Made by a program: the position numbers and the translations under genes. Positions 19,101 through 29,023 of a stretch of 64,000 nucleotides of DNA are shown in pieces; within the stretch, counting starts at the first letter, position 1, and every line of letters starts with the position of its first letter. The notes beneath the pieces were generated by a model that saw only the letters and a list, made by a program, of their open reading frames with translations, searched no databases and was not told the origin of the DNA. Origin of the DNA: an uncultured Rhodobacteraceae bacterium. Lineage in GTDB: Bacteria; Pseudomonadota; Alphaproteobacteria; Rhodobacterales; Rhodobacteraceae. The stretch lies in assembly GCA_943787985.1 (NCBI GenBank), contig CALSOO010000011.1, positions 34,444 through 98,443 on the forward strand, read 5' to 3'.

Positions 19101-20894
19101 TCAAGTAGAGACGTGGCTCACATCCTTATCTGGCGAATAAATGTCTAGAATGTTCCAATGCCCTGTCGTTGGCGTTGGGTTGTTGATCATCGGCACGTCC
19201 AAGACTGTCGGCTTACCGCGGGCAATGGCCGCCTTCAAGGCCGGGAGCAGTTCATCTGTAGACGTAATCCGAATGCCTTCAGCGCCATAGCCCTGCGCGA
19301 TTTCGGCGTAGCCCGGGCCGTTGGTGGGGGCTTCCGCGCTACCGGGGAACGTGGTTCCATAGGTCAGACCGTAATGCGCCTTTTGCAGCCCTGCGATGGT
19401 GCCAAACGCATTGTTGTTCATCACAAGCCAGACGATACCCAGATCAAGCTCCACGGCTGTGGCGAGCATTGAAGGGTTCTGCCCGAAGCCGCCATCTCCG
19501 ACAAGGCTGATGACCACGCGATCTGGCGCTGCAAGTTTTGCCCCGATGGCAGCTGGAGGACCGAAGCCCATCGTCGCAAACCCACCCGGCGTAAGGATTG
19601 AGCCCGGCGTCAGGATGTCGAATTGCTGGCCTACGCCGTTCTTGTTCCACCCGACATCGGTGGTGATAATCGCATCGTCCGGAAGTGCTAGGCGGGCGTC
19701 GGCAAGGATGCGCTCCGGCATCATTGGGAAGGCGCTGGAAGTTTGCATCTCGTGGTTTGACGCCTTGAACGTTTTGCGGAATTCGACGACCTCAGCTTTC
19801 TTTTCAGTGCGTGCAAAACCGTCCGGATACATTTTCTTGGCTACGCGGATCAATACACGTAGCGCAGACTTGGCATCTGCGACAACGCCGATCTCGGTCG
19901 GGTAATTGCGCCCGATTTCCTGCGGTTCGATGTCGATATGAATGACGCGTGCATCGTTGCCTTGGGCCCCGATGTTAAACGTGTAGCCCGGATACCAGCT
20001 GGAACAATCCGCTTCTTTGAAACGCGTACCCACGGCAAAGATTGTGTCGGCATTCAGACAGGTTTGGTTCACTAACGTCGTGCCCCAGAATCCGGTCATG
20101 CCCATGACGAGCGGGTGATCGTCGCGCAGAGCGCCTTTGCCCATCAGACTATGGGCCACGGGAAGGCCCATGTGGTCAACAAATGCGCGAAGCTCTTCAC
20201 TGGCTTGAGCCAAAAGGATACCGCCGCCGACATAGGCAACGGGTTTTTTGGATGCGGCGAGCGCTTCGACAATCTCGCGTGCCGTTTCGTCATCAATCGA
20301 GGGCTTCTTCAAAGCACGGGTATTTTTGGCCACGCGGTCGAAAGTGTCGGAGGAAATCACTTCGGAAAATATGTCCATCGGGACGTTGACCAGCACAGGT
20401 CCGGGCTGGCCACTTTCAGCCAGATGAAACGCCTTTTCTAAAATGTCGGCCATCAGGTCGGCACGGTCGACCCGCCAAGCGCGTTTCACGAATGGACGGT
20501 AGATTTCCCATTGCGCCGCGTCTGCGTGCAAGTTCACCTCTTGGTGCGGATGCTTGCCGTAGTAATGCGTCGGAATGTCCCCCGCGATTACCACCATCGG
20601 GATGCAATCAAGTGCCGCATTGGCGACGCCGGTGGCACAATTCGTCAACCCGGGAGAAAGGTGTGACAGCACCACCGACGCGCGGCCCTGAACGCGGGCG
20701 TAGGCATCAGCTGCATGGCTTGCGATTTGCTCATGGCGCACGGTGATGAAATCAATCGGGCTTTCCGCAAGGGCGGCAAGCACCGCGATATTGGTGTGGC
20801 CGCACAGGCCAAACACATGATCTATTTCTCGTCGTTCCAGAAAATCAACGATGTGTTCGGCGACAGTTTTGCCGTCCAATTTAGTGCCGTCCAT
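19101..20894 (-). CDS. thiamine-pyrophosphate-dependent enzyme (acetolactate synthase/glyoxylate carboligase superfamily)
   Basis: 597 aa with three-domain TPP enzyme architecture: N-terminal PYR domain (GLCGHTNIAVLAAL...SPGLTNCATGVANAALDCIPMVVIAGD) and a C-terminal GDGGF...NN TPP-binding motif. Its start overlaps the upstream stop by 1 nt. Confidence 0.85.
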   Translation of the reverse strand: MDGTKLDGKTVAEHIVDFLERREIDHVFGLCGHTNIAVLAALAESPIDFITVRHEQIASHAADAYARVQGRASVVLSHLSPGLTNCATGVANAALDCIPMVVIAGDIPTHYYGKHPHQEVNLHADAAQWEIYRPFVKRAWRVDRADLMADILEKAFHLAESGQPGPVLVNVPMDIFSEVISSDTFDRVAKNTRALKKPSIDDETAREIVEALAASKKPVAYVGGGILLAQASEELRAFVDHMGLPVAHSLMGKGALRDDHPLVMGMTGFWGTTLVNQTCLNADTIFAVGTRFKEADCSSWYPGYTFNIGAQGNDARVIHIDIEPQEIGRNYPTEIGVVADAKSALRVLIRVAKKMYPDGFARTEKKAEVVEFRKTFKASNHEMQTSSAFPMMPERILADARLALPDDAIITTDVGWNKNGVGQQFDILTPGSILTPGGFATMGFGPPAAIGAKLAAPDRVVISLVGDGGFGQNPSMLATAVELDLGIVWLVMNNNAFGTIAGLQKAHYGLTYGTTFPGSAEAPTNGPGYAEIAQGYGAEGIRITSTDELLPALKAAIARGKPTVLDVPMINNPTPTTGHWNILDIYSPDKDVSHVST

Positions 20895-22303
20895 TACGCT
20901 ATCTCCTGACCGTAGAACTCACCGAACAGCTCTTCTTCCGAAGGACGATCCTCTGCGATGGGACGCGCCACCCAAGTATAGTTCATCATGTGTTTCATTG
21001 TGACATTCTCGTTGGTGATGTTGCCGCCCCAAACGCCGCAACCAAGGCTGGACGTCATCGGCATACCGTTGGTCCAAGACCCTGCATTGGCTTTGGATTG
21101 CGGCTGGCGCACCATCATCCGGCTGACCGGGGCAAGGCGGGCAAGACGGTCGATGTTCTCGTCATTGTGACTGTAAATGCCGCAAGAATGCCCTTTGCCG
21201 CCAGTGTTGTAGATTGCGGCCACCGTTTCGAGCGCGTCGTCGAATGTCTCGAAGTGATAAAGCGCCATAAGCGTGGTTAGTTTTTCTTTGGAGAACTTAT
21301 GCTCAGACCCGATCTGGCCCTGATTCTCGACCATCAGAAATTTGCGACCCTCGGGGATCGAGAACCCGGCGACGTCGGCCGTTTGCTGCGGTTTGCAGGC
21401 AATGGTTGGGAAAGTTCGGTTGCCGTTGTCGTCCCACATAGCCTTCTCGAGCATGGCCTTTTCTTCGGCGTTACAGAGGTAGCCGCCTTCTGCTTCAAGT
21501 GCAGCGACCATCTGATCGTAGACCGAGCGCTGGATAATGATGTTGCCATCCGCTGAACACCCAGACCCAAAGTCAGAAGTCTTGGAAATCCGCGTGTTCT
21601 GCGCTGCGATGTCGATGTCAGCTGTCTCGTCGATCACAATTGAGGAGTTGCCCGCACCAACGCCATAGGCCGGTTTGCCGGAACTATATGCGGCTTGCAC
21701 CATCGGCTTTCCGCCAGTTGCGAGCGTCAGATCACAGATTTGCATCAGGTGCTGTGTCAACGGAATTGACGGTTTGCGGATTGCCTGGAACAAGTCTTCG
21801 GGCGCGCCAACAGCGCGGCAAGCGGCACGCATGACTTCCGTCATTTCAAAGGTTGTTTGCGCTGTGCGCGGATGTGGCGAAAAGATGACTGCGTTGCGCG
21901 CATTGGCCGAGGAAACGCCGGTCACAGGTGGGGTCATCGCAGGGTTGGTCATCGGGATGAGTGATGCGATGACGCCGACGGGCTTGGCGTATTTCACCAA
22001 CCCACGCGCGCTGTCTTCTTCTACGATGCCGGTGGAAGGTGCGCGCAACACGTCGCGCAGGACCATTTGAATTTTGAACCGTTTGGCAGGGCGACCTGCG
22101 CGGTCGCCGATACCGCTTTCATCGACGCCTTGTTCCGCAAGCCGCGTGAATGTCGCTTCGTTGCCTGCGTACCACGCGATGGCTTGGCTCAGTCGGTCAA
22201 GCTGCTCTTGGCTCCAGTCTTCGATCTGGGCCTGGGCTGCACGCGCGCGGGCCAGCATGTCTTGGGCCTGAATGCGTTCGTCTTCTGTGAGGTCTCGTGC
22301 CAT
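20894..22303 (-). CDS. CoA-acylating aldehyde dehydrogenase (EutE/PduP/SauS-like)
   Basis: ATG 22303 has AAGGA 8 nt upstream; the ORF start at 22321 is TTG. ALDH fold with catalytic Cys region SDFGSGCSADGN and the short acylating-type length. Confidence 0.75.
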   Translation of the reverse strand: MARDLTEDERIQAQDMLARARAAQAQIEDWSQEQLDRLSQAIAWYAGNEATFTRLAEQGVDESGIGDRAGRPAKRFKIQMVLRDVLRAPSTGIVEEDSARGLVKYAKPVGVIASLIPMTNPAMTPPVTGVSSANARNAVIFSPHPRTAQTTFEMTEVMRAACRAVGAPEDLFQAIRKPSIPLTQHLMQICDLTLATGGKPMVQAAYSSGKPAYGVGAGNSSIVIDETADIDIAAQNTRISKTSDFGSGCSADGNIIIQRSVYDQMVAALEAEGGYLCNAEEKAMLEKAMWDDNGNRTFPTIACKPQQTADVAGFSIPEGRKFLMVENQGQIGSEHKFSKEKLTTLMALYHFETFDDALETVAAIYNTGGKGHSCGIYSHNDENIDRLARLAPVSRMMVRQPQSKANAGSWTNGMPMTSSLGCGVWGGNITNENVTMKHMMNYTWVARPIAEDRPSEEELFGEFYGQEIA

Positions 22304-22337
22304 ATCTGGCGTCCTTTTCAAATGTCGGAATGGGGGA

Positions 22338-23219
22338 TTAAGCGGCCAGCAAGCCCGCCTCGCGGCGTTTGGAGCAGGCGAGGCCGAAGGTCTGTTTGGC
22401 GTGGGTCAGGCAGCGGCGTGCGTGTTCTTCGTAACCAAGTTCTGCAACGCGGCTTTGGTTTGGTAGTTCAATGGAATAGTTCATTGGTGGACAGCGCTCG
22501 ATGATACCTGCGAAGTCGATCCATCCCTCGCCGGGGTACAGCCGCGCGTCGCGGGCCAGTTGAATCATGCCTTCGCGTGTATCAGCGATGCCCGGCAAGC
22601 AGTCCGAGATATGCAGGAAATGCAGCCATTCAGGCGGGACATGCAGCAATTCGCCAAGATCAACACGGCTGAGGTGCAAGTAAAGCGTGTCGACCAGCAC
22701 GCCCCCATTCGGACGATCTGCCGCCCGCACGATATCAAGAACCTCATCCAGCGTTCGTAGACGCGAAAAGGACGGAAATTCCAGATCAATTGTCAGCCCG
22801 TAAGGCGCGGCAAGATCGCAAGTCTCGGCATAGACATCGAGAAGGAAGTTACGGTCGTCACAACGAGTGGTCCAAGCAGACATGATCATATGTCGCGCGC
22901 CCATCTCGCCCCCCAGTTCAAGTGCGGCTTCAAATTCGCGGGGGTCGCAATCGTCGGTGATGCGGGCGAGTTCAATATCGAGGACCTTGAGCCCGGTTGT
23001 GTCCAGCGCCGTCTTTGTCGCTTGAACCTGTGCCTTGTCGAGCGGCGGATGCGTAAACTCACCCGGAACGTTCATCGGGATGAAACGCGGGCTGACCGCA
23101 TCGTAACCAGCCCGCGCCGCGACATAGACCAGCTCGGCCGGTGTGCAATTGATCAGCGTCAGATGCGCCAATGAGTATAGCGGATCGGCTGGATATTTTG
23201 GATCAACTGACATGGCCAC
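22338..23219 (-). CDS. sugar phosphate isomerase/epimerase (xylose-isomerase-like TIM barrel)
   Basis: 293 aa with the typical AP-endonuclease-2/xylose-isomerase-like TIM pattern (RHMIMSAW..., IDLEFPSF..., HISD...). Confidence 0.75.
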   Translation of the reverse strand: MAMSVDPKYPADPLYSLAHLTLINCTPAELVYVAARAGYDAVSPRFIPMNVPGEFTHPPLDKAQVQATKTALDTTGLKVLDIELARITDDCDPREFEAALELGGEMGARHMIMSAWTTRCDDRNFLLDVYAETCDLAAPYGLTIDLEFPSFSRLRTLDEVLDIVRAADRPNGGVLVDTLYLHLSRVDLGELLHVPPEWLHFLHISDCLPGIADTREGMIQLARDARLYPGEGWIDFAGIIERCPPMNYSIELPNQSRVAELGYEEHARRCLTHAKQTFGLACSKRREAGLLAA

Positions 23220-23251
23220 ATCCCGTGCGCGTGAGTCTTTAATTTCCTATG

Positions 23252-23284
23252 TTATAATAAATATCTGATGTTGTGTAAATCATC
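23252..23284. promoter_or_regulatory. candidate operator: TTATAATAA + 18-bp dyad GATGTTGTGTAAATCATC
   Basis: Lies in the intergenic gap inside the catabolic operon, upstream of the TIM-barrel gene. It shares architecture and 14/18 dyad positions with the site at 28953-28982. Confidence 0.35.
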
Positions 23285-23295
23285 GATTATACAGG

Positions 23296-24108
23296 CTAGG
23301 ATTGATCCTCACGCGGTTCATATTCGGGAAGATACTTCGGCGGCATCGGGCCTTTGTTCCGTCCGCCTTGCTGCATCTGCTCCCACCCATGTGCCAACAC
23401 GCCAACAGAGCGGGAAAGGCAGAAAAGCCCGCGTGACAAGGGCGGGGGAAAACCAAGCTCGCAAAAGATTACCGCGGTGGCCCCATCAATATTCATGGCG
23501 ATTGGCGTGCCGCGTGCCGCTCCGATCTCGGCCTGTACTGCCTCGCCGATTTCGGCAAAACGGCCAGACACTGTGCCTGCCTTCGCCGCCTCACGGACAA
23601 GGGCCATCAGGCGAGGTGCGCGTGGATCATCGGGTTTGTGAAACCTATGGCCAAAGCCTGATATTACTTTGCCATAGGTCTCGCGCCAGGCGGCGATGCC
23701 GTCAACGGTCGCCGTTTCCAATTCAGCGCCGCTGTCCATACGGCCTGCAATATCCAGATAAAGTTCAGCGCATTGCTCGCCCGCTCCGCCATGCACATCG
23801 CCGAGCATATTCACGCCCGTCGCCATCACATTGTTCAGCCCGACACCACAGGTTGCGGCCATGCGTGCGGCAGCAATCGAAGGGGCTTGCGGCCCATGAT
23901 CGACACCAGCCACAAGCGCACATTCCAGCAATTCGGCCTGTGCAAGCGTTGGCAGGTCACCATTAGTCATCAGCCAGATCATTTGGCCAAAAGTCACGTT
24001 GCCAATCAGGTCCTGAATGGGATGTCCGCGAAAGGCGATCCGTCCCGGGGCCATGTCGATGATCGAGGTTCGCCACCAATGGCGCACGGTGTCTGCATCA
24101 CTGCTCAT
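23296..24108 (-). CDS. citryl-CoA lyase / citrate-synthase-family small protein
   Basis: 270 aa. IAFRGHPIQDLIGNVTFGQMIWLMTNGDLP...VDHGPQAPS...GDVHGGAGE matches the citrate synthase catalytic (small) domain family. Confidence 0.7.
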   Translation of the reverse strand: MSSDADTVRHWWRTSIIDMAPGRIAFRGHPIQDLIGNVTFGQMIWLMTNGDLPTLAQAELLECALVAGVDHGPQAPSIAAARMAATCGVGLNNVMATGVNMLGDVHGGAGEQCAELYLDIAGRMDSGAELETATVDGIAAWRETYGKVISGFGHRFHKPDDPRAPRLMALVREAAKAGTVSGRFAEIGEAVQAEIGAARGTPIAMNIDGATAVIFCELGFPPPLSRGLFCLSRSVGVLAHGWEQMQQGGRNKGPMPPKYLPEYEPREDQS

Positions 24109-25991
24109 GCGATTTCTGCCTGTTTTGTATGTTGCATTTGGGCGGCCAACCGGATCGGCGCATTGCGCGCGCCGTAGCCGTCATAGCCGCCGCGCCGTTC
24201 GACGATTTCAAAGAAGAACCCGCCCCAGAAAGACGCGCTGTAGATCTGGAAATATTCACCGCGACCGTCGCGATCATAAAGGATGTTTCCAGCGCGAAGG
24301 GCTGTAATCGTATGATCCTCAAGGCCAAAGCGCGTTTGAAGATCGTCATAGTAATTTGCCGCGATGGTCAGTCGCTCGAATCCTGTGGATTGCAACTGGG
24401 TCGACGTCTCGAAGATGTCGTCGCTGGCAAAAGCAATGTGTTGAACGCCCGCCCCATCACCTTTACTAAGGAAGCTGCCAGCAAAAGTGCTTTGCCCGCC
24501 CGCTCCGTTCAGATTGAGCCGGACTTCGCCTTCCGGGCTGGCTAATGCCTGACTGAGGATCAGGCCCGAAGGATCCACCACATCGACCGCGTCCGCTTTC
24601 TCCATTTGGAACGTCGTCAGATAGTAGGTCAGCCAGCTCTGCATCTCCTGATACCGCATGGTTTGGGCTACGTGGTCGATCCGACGTAGCCCCGCGGGTT
24701 GAGGCGTTTTGGTTTTTGGGGTGGGATCAAATTCGATATCCCAGACGCGGTGCAAATCGGACTTCTCGTCGATGAAATGCACAACCGATCCGCCGACGCC
24801 TTTGATGGCAGGTATGTCCAGCTCTCCTGCGCCTACAGGTTGGGAAAAGGCCGGCGCGCCAAGCATAAGCGCGCGTTTCACTGTCTGACCGGCATCGCGC
24901 ACACGAAGACCCATGTCGCAGACCCTGGGTCCGTTTTCGGCTCGGGCTTGAGCCGCAAATCCATTAGATTCGGAGTTGATGACGATATTCACTGCACCTT
25001 GCCGCCACAGTTCAACTGCTTTGGATCGATGGTTGCGTTCTTCGCGAAACGATAGTGCCGACAGTACACTCGTCAGTGTGGTTTTTGCAGAAGGGTCCAC
25101 AGCGAATTCGATGAATTCAAAACCCGTCGCATGGACACGCGCGGGCAGCTCTGCGAGCGGTTGCGGCACGCGTGGTTCGGTCTGAGCGACGTCGTCTAGC
25201 AAGGACGCCAACGCGCGATATCCATCGCGAGCATAGGTATCGCGCCTGTCGGCAGCGGTCGCGCTAACGCGGGCCAGGGACCACGGCCCCTCATATCCGG
25301 CTCGCGCAAGAACGCGCACAAAACTCGCAAGGTTCAATCCACCTTGACCCGGCAACAGTCCAAATTGGCTCTTGCGGTGAGATATGTCGAAATCCACAGC
25401 CGCTGCATCTGACATCTGCACATGGAAAACTCGATCACCGGGAATATCGCGCAGTCGTGCGGATTTCGACCCGTCGGCAAGAGAGAAGAAGGAATTGAGC
25501 GCCAGCCCAAAATGCGGGCTGTCTACGGCTTCAACAAGCTCAAAGGCATCAAGCTCACGAATAACATGGGCAGCCCAAGGAATAGCGATCAGAGCGGCAC
25601 GGCAACCGGCCTTGCCCGCCCGTTTCGCCATCTCCTTGAAATCATCGACTAGCGCGTCACGATCAGTAAATGCGTCTTTTCGGGTGGATGTGGCAACCAA
25701 CAGGGTCTTGGCCCCGAGGTCCCGCATAAGCCCAAGTTTTTGATCCAGCCGCGCGAACGCCGCCACGCGCTCTGGGTCAGACAGCCCCTCAAAATCATCA
25801 AACGGCTGGAACACGTCCAATGTTAGCCCAAGCTTGGCTGCGTGTCGCGCGACGTCTTTTGCCGATCCGGAAAAACCCGTCAGGTCCGGCTCGTGCAGTT
25901 CAACGCCGGAGAACCCCGCCGCCGCGATCGTTTCGAGCTTTTGCAGCAGATCACCGGGAACAGAGGTCGTTGCAATGGTAAGTTGGGTCAT
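24105..25991 (-). CDS. TIM-barrel dehydratase fused to 4-hydroxyphenylpyruvate-dioxygenase-like domain (QsuB/QuiC-type 3-dehydroshikimate dehydratase-like)
   Basis: Start ATG 25991 overlaps the dctM stop (ATGA). The N-terminal ~270 aa form a xylose-isomerase-like TIM barrel and the C-terminal ~350 aa a VOC/HPPD-like domain (GLRRIDHVAQ..., GVQHIAF...FFFEIVERRGGY). Confidence 0.75.
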   Translation of the reverse strand: MTQLTIATTSVPGDLLQKLETIAAAGFSGVELHEPDLTGFSGSAKDVARHAAKLGLTLDVFQPFDDFEGLSDPERVAAFARLDQKLGLMRDLGAKTLLVATSTRKDAFTDRDALVDDFKEMAKRAGKAGCRAALIAIPWAAHVIRELDAFELVEAVDSPHFGLALNSFFSLADGSKSARLRDIPGDRVFHVQMSDAAAVDFDISHRKSQFGLLPGQGGLNLASFVRVLARAGYEGPWSLARVSATAADRRDTYARDGYRALASLLDDVAQTEPRVPQPLAELPARVHATGFEFIEFAVDPSAKTTLTSVLSALSFREERNHRSKAVELWRQGAVNIVINSESNGFAAQARAENGPRVCDMGLRVRDAGQTVKRALMLGAPAFSQPVGAGELDIPAIKGVGGSVVHFIDEKSDLHRVWDIEFDPTPKTKTPQPAGLRRIDHVAQTMRYQEMQSWLTYYLTTFQMEKADAVDVVDPSGLILSQALASPEGEVRLNLNGAGGQSTFAGSFLSKGDGAGVQHIAFASDDIFETSTQLQSTGFERLTIAANYYDDLQTRFGLEDHTITALRAGNILYDRDGRGEYFQIYSASFWGGFFFEIVERRGGYDGYGARNAPIRLAAQMQHTKQAEIA

Positions 25992-27283
25992 CCCTGATAA
26001 CCGAACAGTCTCGGCAGCCATAGCACAACGTCAGGAACAAGGATCATGAACAAGAGTGCGCCCAGCAAGACCGCGATAAATGCCCAGATCTCTGAGATGA
26101 TCTCTTTCAGCGGGATGCCCGTTACCGCGTTGATGACGAACAACAGGATGCCATAGGGCGGCGTGATCAGCCCGAGCATCGAGTTGACCACGATCAACAC
26201 GCCGAAATGTACCAGATCTATGCCCAGCTCGCGGCAAGTCGGGATGAACAGTGGAATGATCACAAGAATGATCACCGTCGCATCCAGAATGCATCCCAGC
26301 AGCAAGACCAGAAGGTTGACCAGCAGGATGAACATCAGTGGGCTAATATCGGCACCAGCAAACATGGCAGAGATGGACTGCGGCACGTTTTCCTGAATAA
26401 CGATGTAAGTCAGGATCATCGACGCCCCGATCACCAAACCAACCGAAGCAGAAGCACGCGCGCTTTCCACGAAGATCTGATAAAGCGTCTTGATCTTGAT
26501 GGCGCGGTATAGACCCGCTGCAATGACCAGTGCATAAAGGGCGGCGATGGCGGCGGCCTCTGTGGGGGTCGTGACACCAGAATAGATGCAGCCAAGCAGG
26601 ATGACAGGCATCAAGAGCGCAGGCGTTGCGCGCACCGTCAATTTGGGGAGGTCACGCAGTGGAACCGCTTCTTCCTGTCCAAACCCACGCCGATGCGAGA
26701 TCACGGTATTCATCCCCATCAAGACGACGCCCATCACGAGGCCAGGCACGATGCCAGCAAGAAACAGATCACCGATCGACGCGTTTGAAACCAATGCATA
26801 AAGCACCATTGGGATGGATGGGGGGATGATCGGCCCGATGGTTGCGGTTGCCGCTGTGATTGCGGCGGCGTAGCCACGCGTGTAGCGTCCGCTTTTTACC
26901 ATCATATCGATGATGATCTTACCGATGCCGGCCGCATCTGCCACGGCAGAGCCGGACATGCCCGAAAAGATCAGGCTGGCCACCACGTTCACATGCCCCA
27001 TACCGCCACGGAAACGACCGACTAGGGCGATGCAAAATTGCAAAAGCCTGTCAGAGATGGAGCCTGCATTCATGATATTGGCGGACGTGATAAAGAGCGG
27101 TACGGCCAGCAGCAAAAAGCCATCAAAGAGCCTTTGCACCATTGTCGTGCCTGCGATTGCCACGTCTTGCCCAGCGACACCCAGATAGACGATGCACCCG
27201 ACAAGGATGGCATAGCCAACGGGTGTCCCAATAGCTGCCATGCCGAACAGGGCGATCATCCCCAAGAGAAGTTCCATGCTCAT
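25988..27283 (-). CDS. dctM: TRAP transporter large permease
   Basis: 431 aa with ~12 TM segments and a typical DctM sequence (SGMSGSAVADAAGIGKI...). Confidence 0.9.
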   Translation of the reverse strand: MSMELLLGMIALFGMAAIGTPVGYAILVGCIVYLGVAGQDVAIAGTTMVQRLFDGFLLLAVPLFITSANIMNAGSISDRLLQFCIALVGRFRGGMGHVNVVASLIFSGMSGSAVADAAGIGKIIIDMMVKSGRYTRGYAAAITAATATIGPIIPPSIPMVLYALVSNASIGDLFLAGIVPGLVMGVVLMGMNTVISHRRGFGQEEAVPLRDLPKLTVRATPALLMPVILLGCIYSGVTTPTEAAAIAALYALVIAAGLYRAIKIKTLYQIFVESARASASVGLVIGASMILTYIVIQENVPQSISAMFAGADISPLMFILLVNLLVLLLGCILDATVIILVIIPLFIPTCRELGIDLVHFGVLIVVNSMLGLITPPYGILLFVINAVTGIPLKEIISEIWAFIAVLLGALLFMILVPDVVLWLPRLFGYQG

Positions 27284-27840
27284 CTGAATGCCTCCCCTTT
27301 TGCTTCATCGACAGAGGCGATTGCCTCCAACTCGGTTGCGGGGGGGCCGTATTTGAGCACCGTGTAAATGCGCCAAAGATAGCGAAGTGAGACAACGACC
27401 ATCATCATCACGAAAGGCGCGAACAGCCACTTGATTGCAATTTTGTCGCCAGTGACAGGTAGCCGAAGGGTCTGGATTTTCTTCAGGTTCATCAACCGAT
27501 TGTCGAACACTGTCTCCCAGACCGCAGGAAGCGAATAGACCATCGCCACGACCATCAGTACGGCTGTCAGCAGGGCCAAGACTTTGCGGGCAGGACGTGG
27601 CACTGCAAGATAAATGACGTCGAAATTAACATGATCGGTTTCACGCACGATAAACGAGGCACCGAAAAATATCAGCCATACCCAAAGAAGCGAGATCAGA
27701 ACAACCGACCAGCCGATGGGTTCTAAAAAGGGCGTATAGCGAAAAACAATTCCAAGAAGGAAGGTGATGAAAATTACCGCCAACATCATGGCGGCGATAA
27801 ACTCGGTGCCGCGGGTGAACCATTTTGAAAGGGACTTCAT
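27280..27840 (-). CDS. dctQ: TRAP transporter small permease
   Basis: Start ATG 27840 (MKSLSKWF...). 186 aa with 4 TM segments. 4-nt overlap with dctM. Confidence 0.85.
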   Translation of the reverse strand: MKSLSKWFTRGTEFIAAMMLAVIFITFLLGIVFRYTPFLEPIGWSVVLISLLWVWLIFFGASFIVRETDHVNFDVIYLAVPRPARKVLALLTAVLMVVAMVYSLPAVWETVFDNRLMNLKKIQTLRLPVTGDKIAIKWLFAPFVMMMVVVSLRYLWRIYTVLKYGPPATELEAIASVDEAKGEAFR

Positions 27841-27884
27841 ATCTGCTCTCCCGCGGAATTGATTTGTAGCTTTGTTGCCCAGTT

Positions 27885-28892
27885 TTAGTTGCCGAGCGCG
27901 TTGATCTTGTCCAAGACACCGTCTGGCCAAGACGCCGCGGCTTCAGAACCAACGTACTGAGCTTGAACATGCTCGCGGAAGGCGGCCAAATCTGGTGTGT
28001 AGATCTCTACGCCTTGGCTGCGAATGAAGTCCGCCAGATTGTTTTCTTTCTCCAACTGCTTGAGGCGACCCCAAGCGGCAGCCGCATCGGCAGCACGCTG
28101 AACAGTGAGTTGCTGGTCTGCGTCAAGGCTGTTCCAGGTTTCCGCTGAAAACGCGATGTAGTTCAGATCAACAAGGTGAGCTGTAAGCGCAATTTGCTTG
28201 GTCACTTCGTAGAACTTCTTGTCAACAACAGTCGGGAGTGGGTTGTCTTGTCCGTCAATCGCACCGGATGAAAGAGCGGTATAAACCTCAGAGAAGGCAA
28301 GCGGTGTTGGTGCGGCCCCTAGCGCTTTTCCGAGGAACTGCCAAGCGTCTGTGCCCGGCATCCGCAGGTTTACGCCCGCCAGATCGGCGGGTGTCTTCAC
28401 GTCCAGTTCTTCGCGCGTTTGGCGTAGGTTCACGTGACGGCGGCCAAGATACATGACCGACAACAGCTTAACGCCAAGCTCGGCGTCAACCGTTGCTTTG
28501 AACGGGTCCATCAACGGGTCATTAAAGACGCGAACCTGATGAGCGGCATCCTGATGGACATAGCCAGTCGCAAAGATGGAGAACTCCGGGAAGAACTGCG
28601 CGAGTTCCTGTGCGGATGCGATCGACATCGTGAGGTTGCCGCCTGCGATAGCTTCAAGCTCTGTGCCTTGTGCAAAAAGCGTGCCGTTATAGCCGGGCTG
28701 GTAGTCGGCAATCTCTGAAACCATTGGTGCGAATACTTTCGCAAGTGCTTCCGAGCGCGCATCGGTTTCAGACCCCGATGTCGCCATCGAGAATGTTGTT
28801 TTGTGGCCATCTGCAGCGGCAGGCAATGCTGCAGCGGCGATACCAAGTGCAGCGACAGACGCAATCGCGGCGCGACGAGTAAGTGTGAACAT
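27885..28892 (-). CDS. dctP: TRAP transporter substrate-binding protein (DctP family)
   Basis: Start ATG 28892 with GGGAGGA SD. Signal peptide MFTLTRRAAIASVAALGIAAAALPAAA. DctP-type SBP. Confidence 0.9.
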   Translation of the reverse strand: MFTLTRRAAIASVAALGIAAAALPAAADGHKTTFSMATSGSETDARSEALAKVFAPMVSEIADYQPGYNGTLFAQGTELEAIAGGNLTMSIASAQELAQFFPEFSIFATGYVHQDAAHQVRVFNDPLMDPFKATVDAELGVKLLSVMYLGRRHVNLRQTREELDVKTPADLAGVNLRMPGTDAWQFLGKALGAAPTPLAFSEVYTALSSGAIDGQDNPLPTVVDKKFYEVTKQIALTAHLVDLNYIAFSAETWNSLDADQQLTVQRAADAAAAWGRLKQLEKENNLADFIRSQGVEIYTPDLAAFREHVQAQYVGSEAAASWPDGVLDKINALGN

Positions 28893-28952
28893 TGTGTTCC
28901 TCCCTGAATCAAAACGCTTCAAGAGCGCCGACGATTTTTACCACTGATTTTT

Positions 28953-28982
28953 TTATAATAACAAGATATTTTATAAAACATC
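28953..28982. promoter_or_regulatory. candidate operator: TTATAATAA + 18-bp near-palindrome GATATTTTATAAAACATC
   Basis: Upstream of dctP in a strongly AT-rich gap. The dyad has one mismatch to perfect symmetry and is paralogous to the site at 23252-23284. Confidence 0.35.
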
Positions 28983-29023
28983 ATATATTTTTAATTTAAG
29001 TAGTTTATTTCGGAGGCCTTCTC

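Noticed and set aside
19101-20894. TPP enzyme as sulfoacetaldehyde acetyltransferase (Xsc), which would make the island a sulfonate pathway
   Set aside because: The N-terminal sequence does not resemble the Xsc sequences I remember, and no pta, tauXY, sulfite exporter or sulfite dehydrogenase genes are present. It is left as a generic TPP enzyme.
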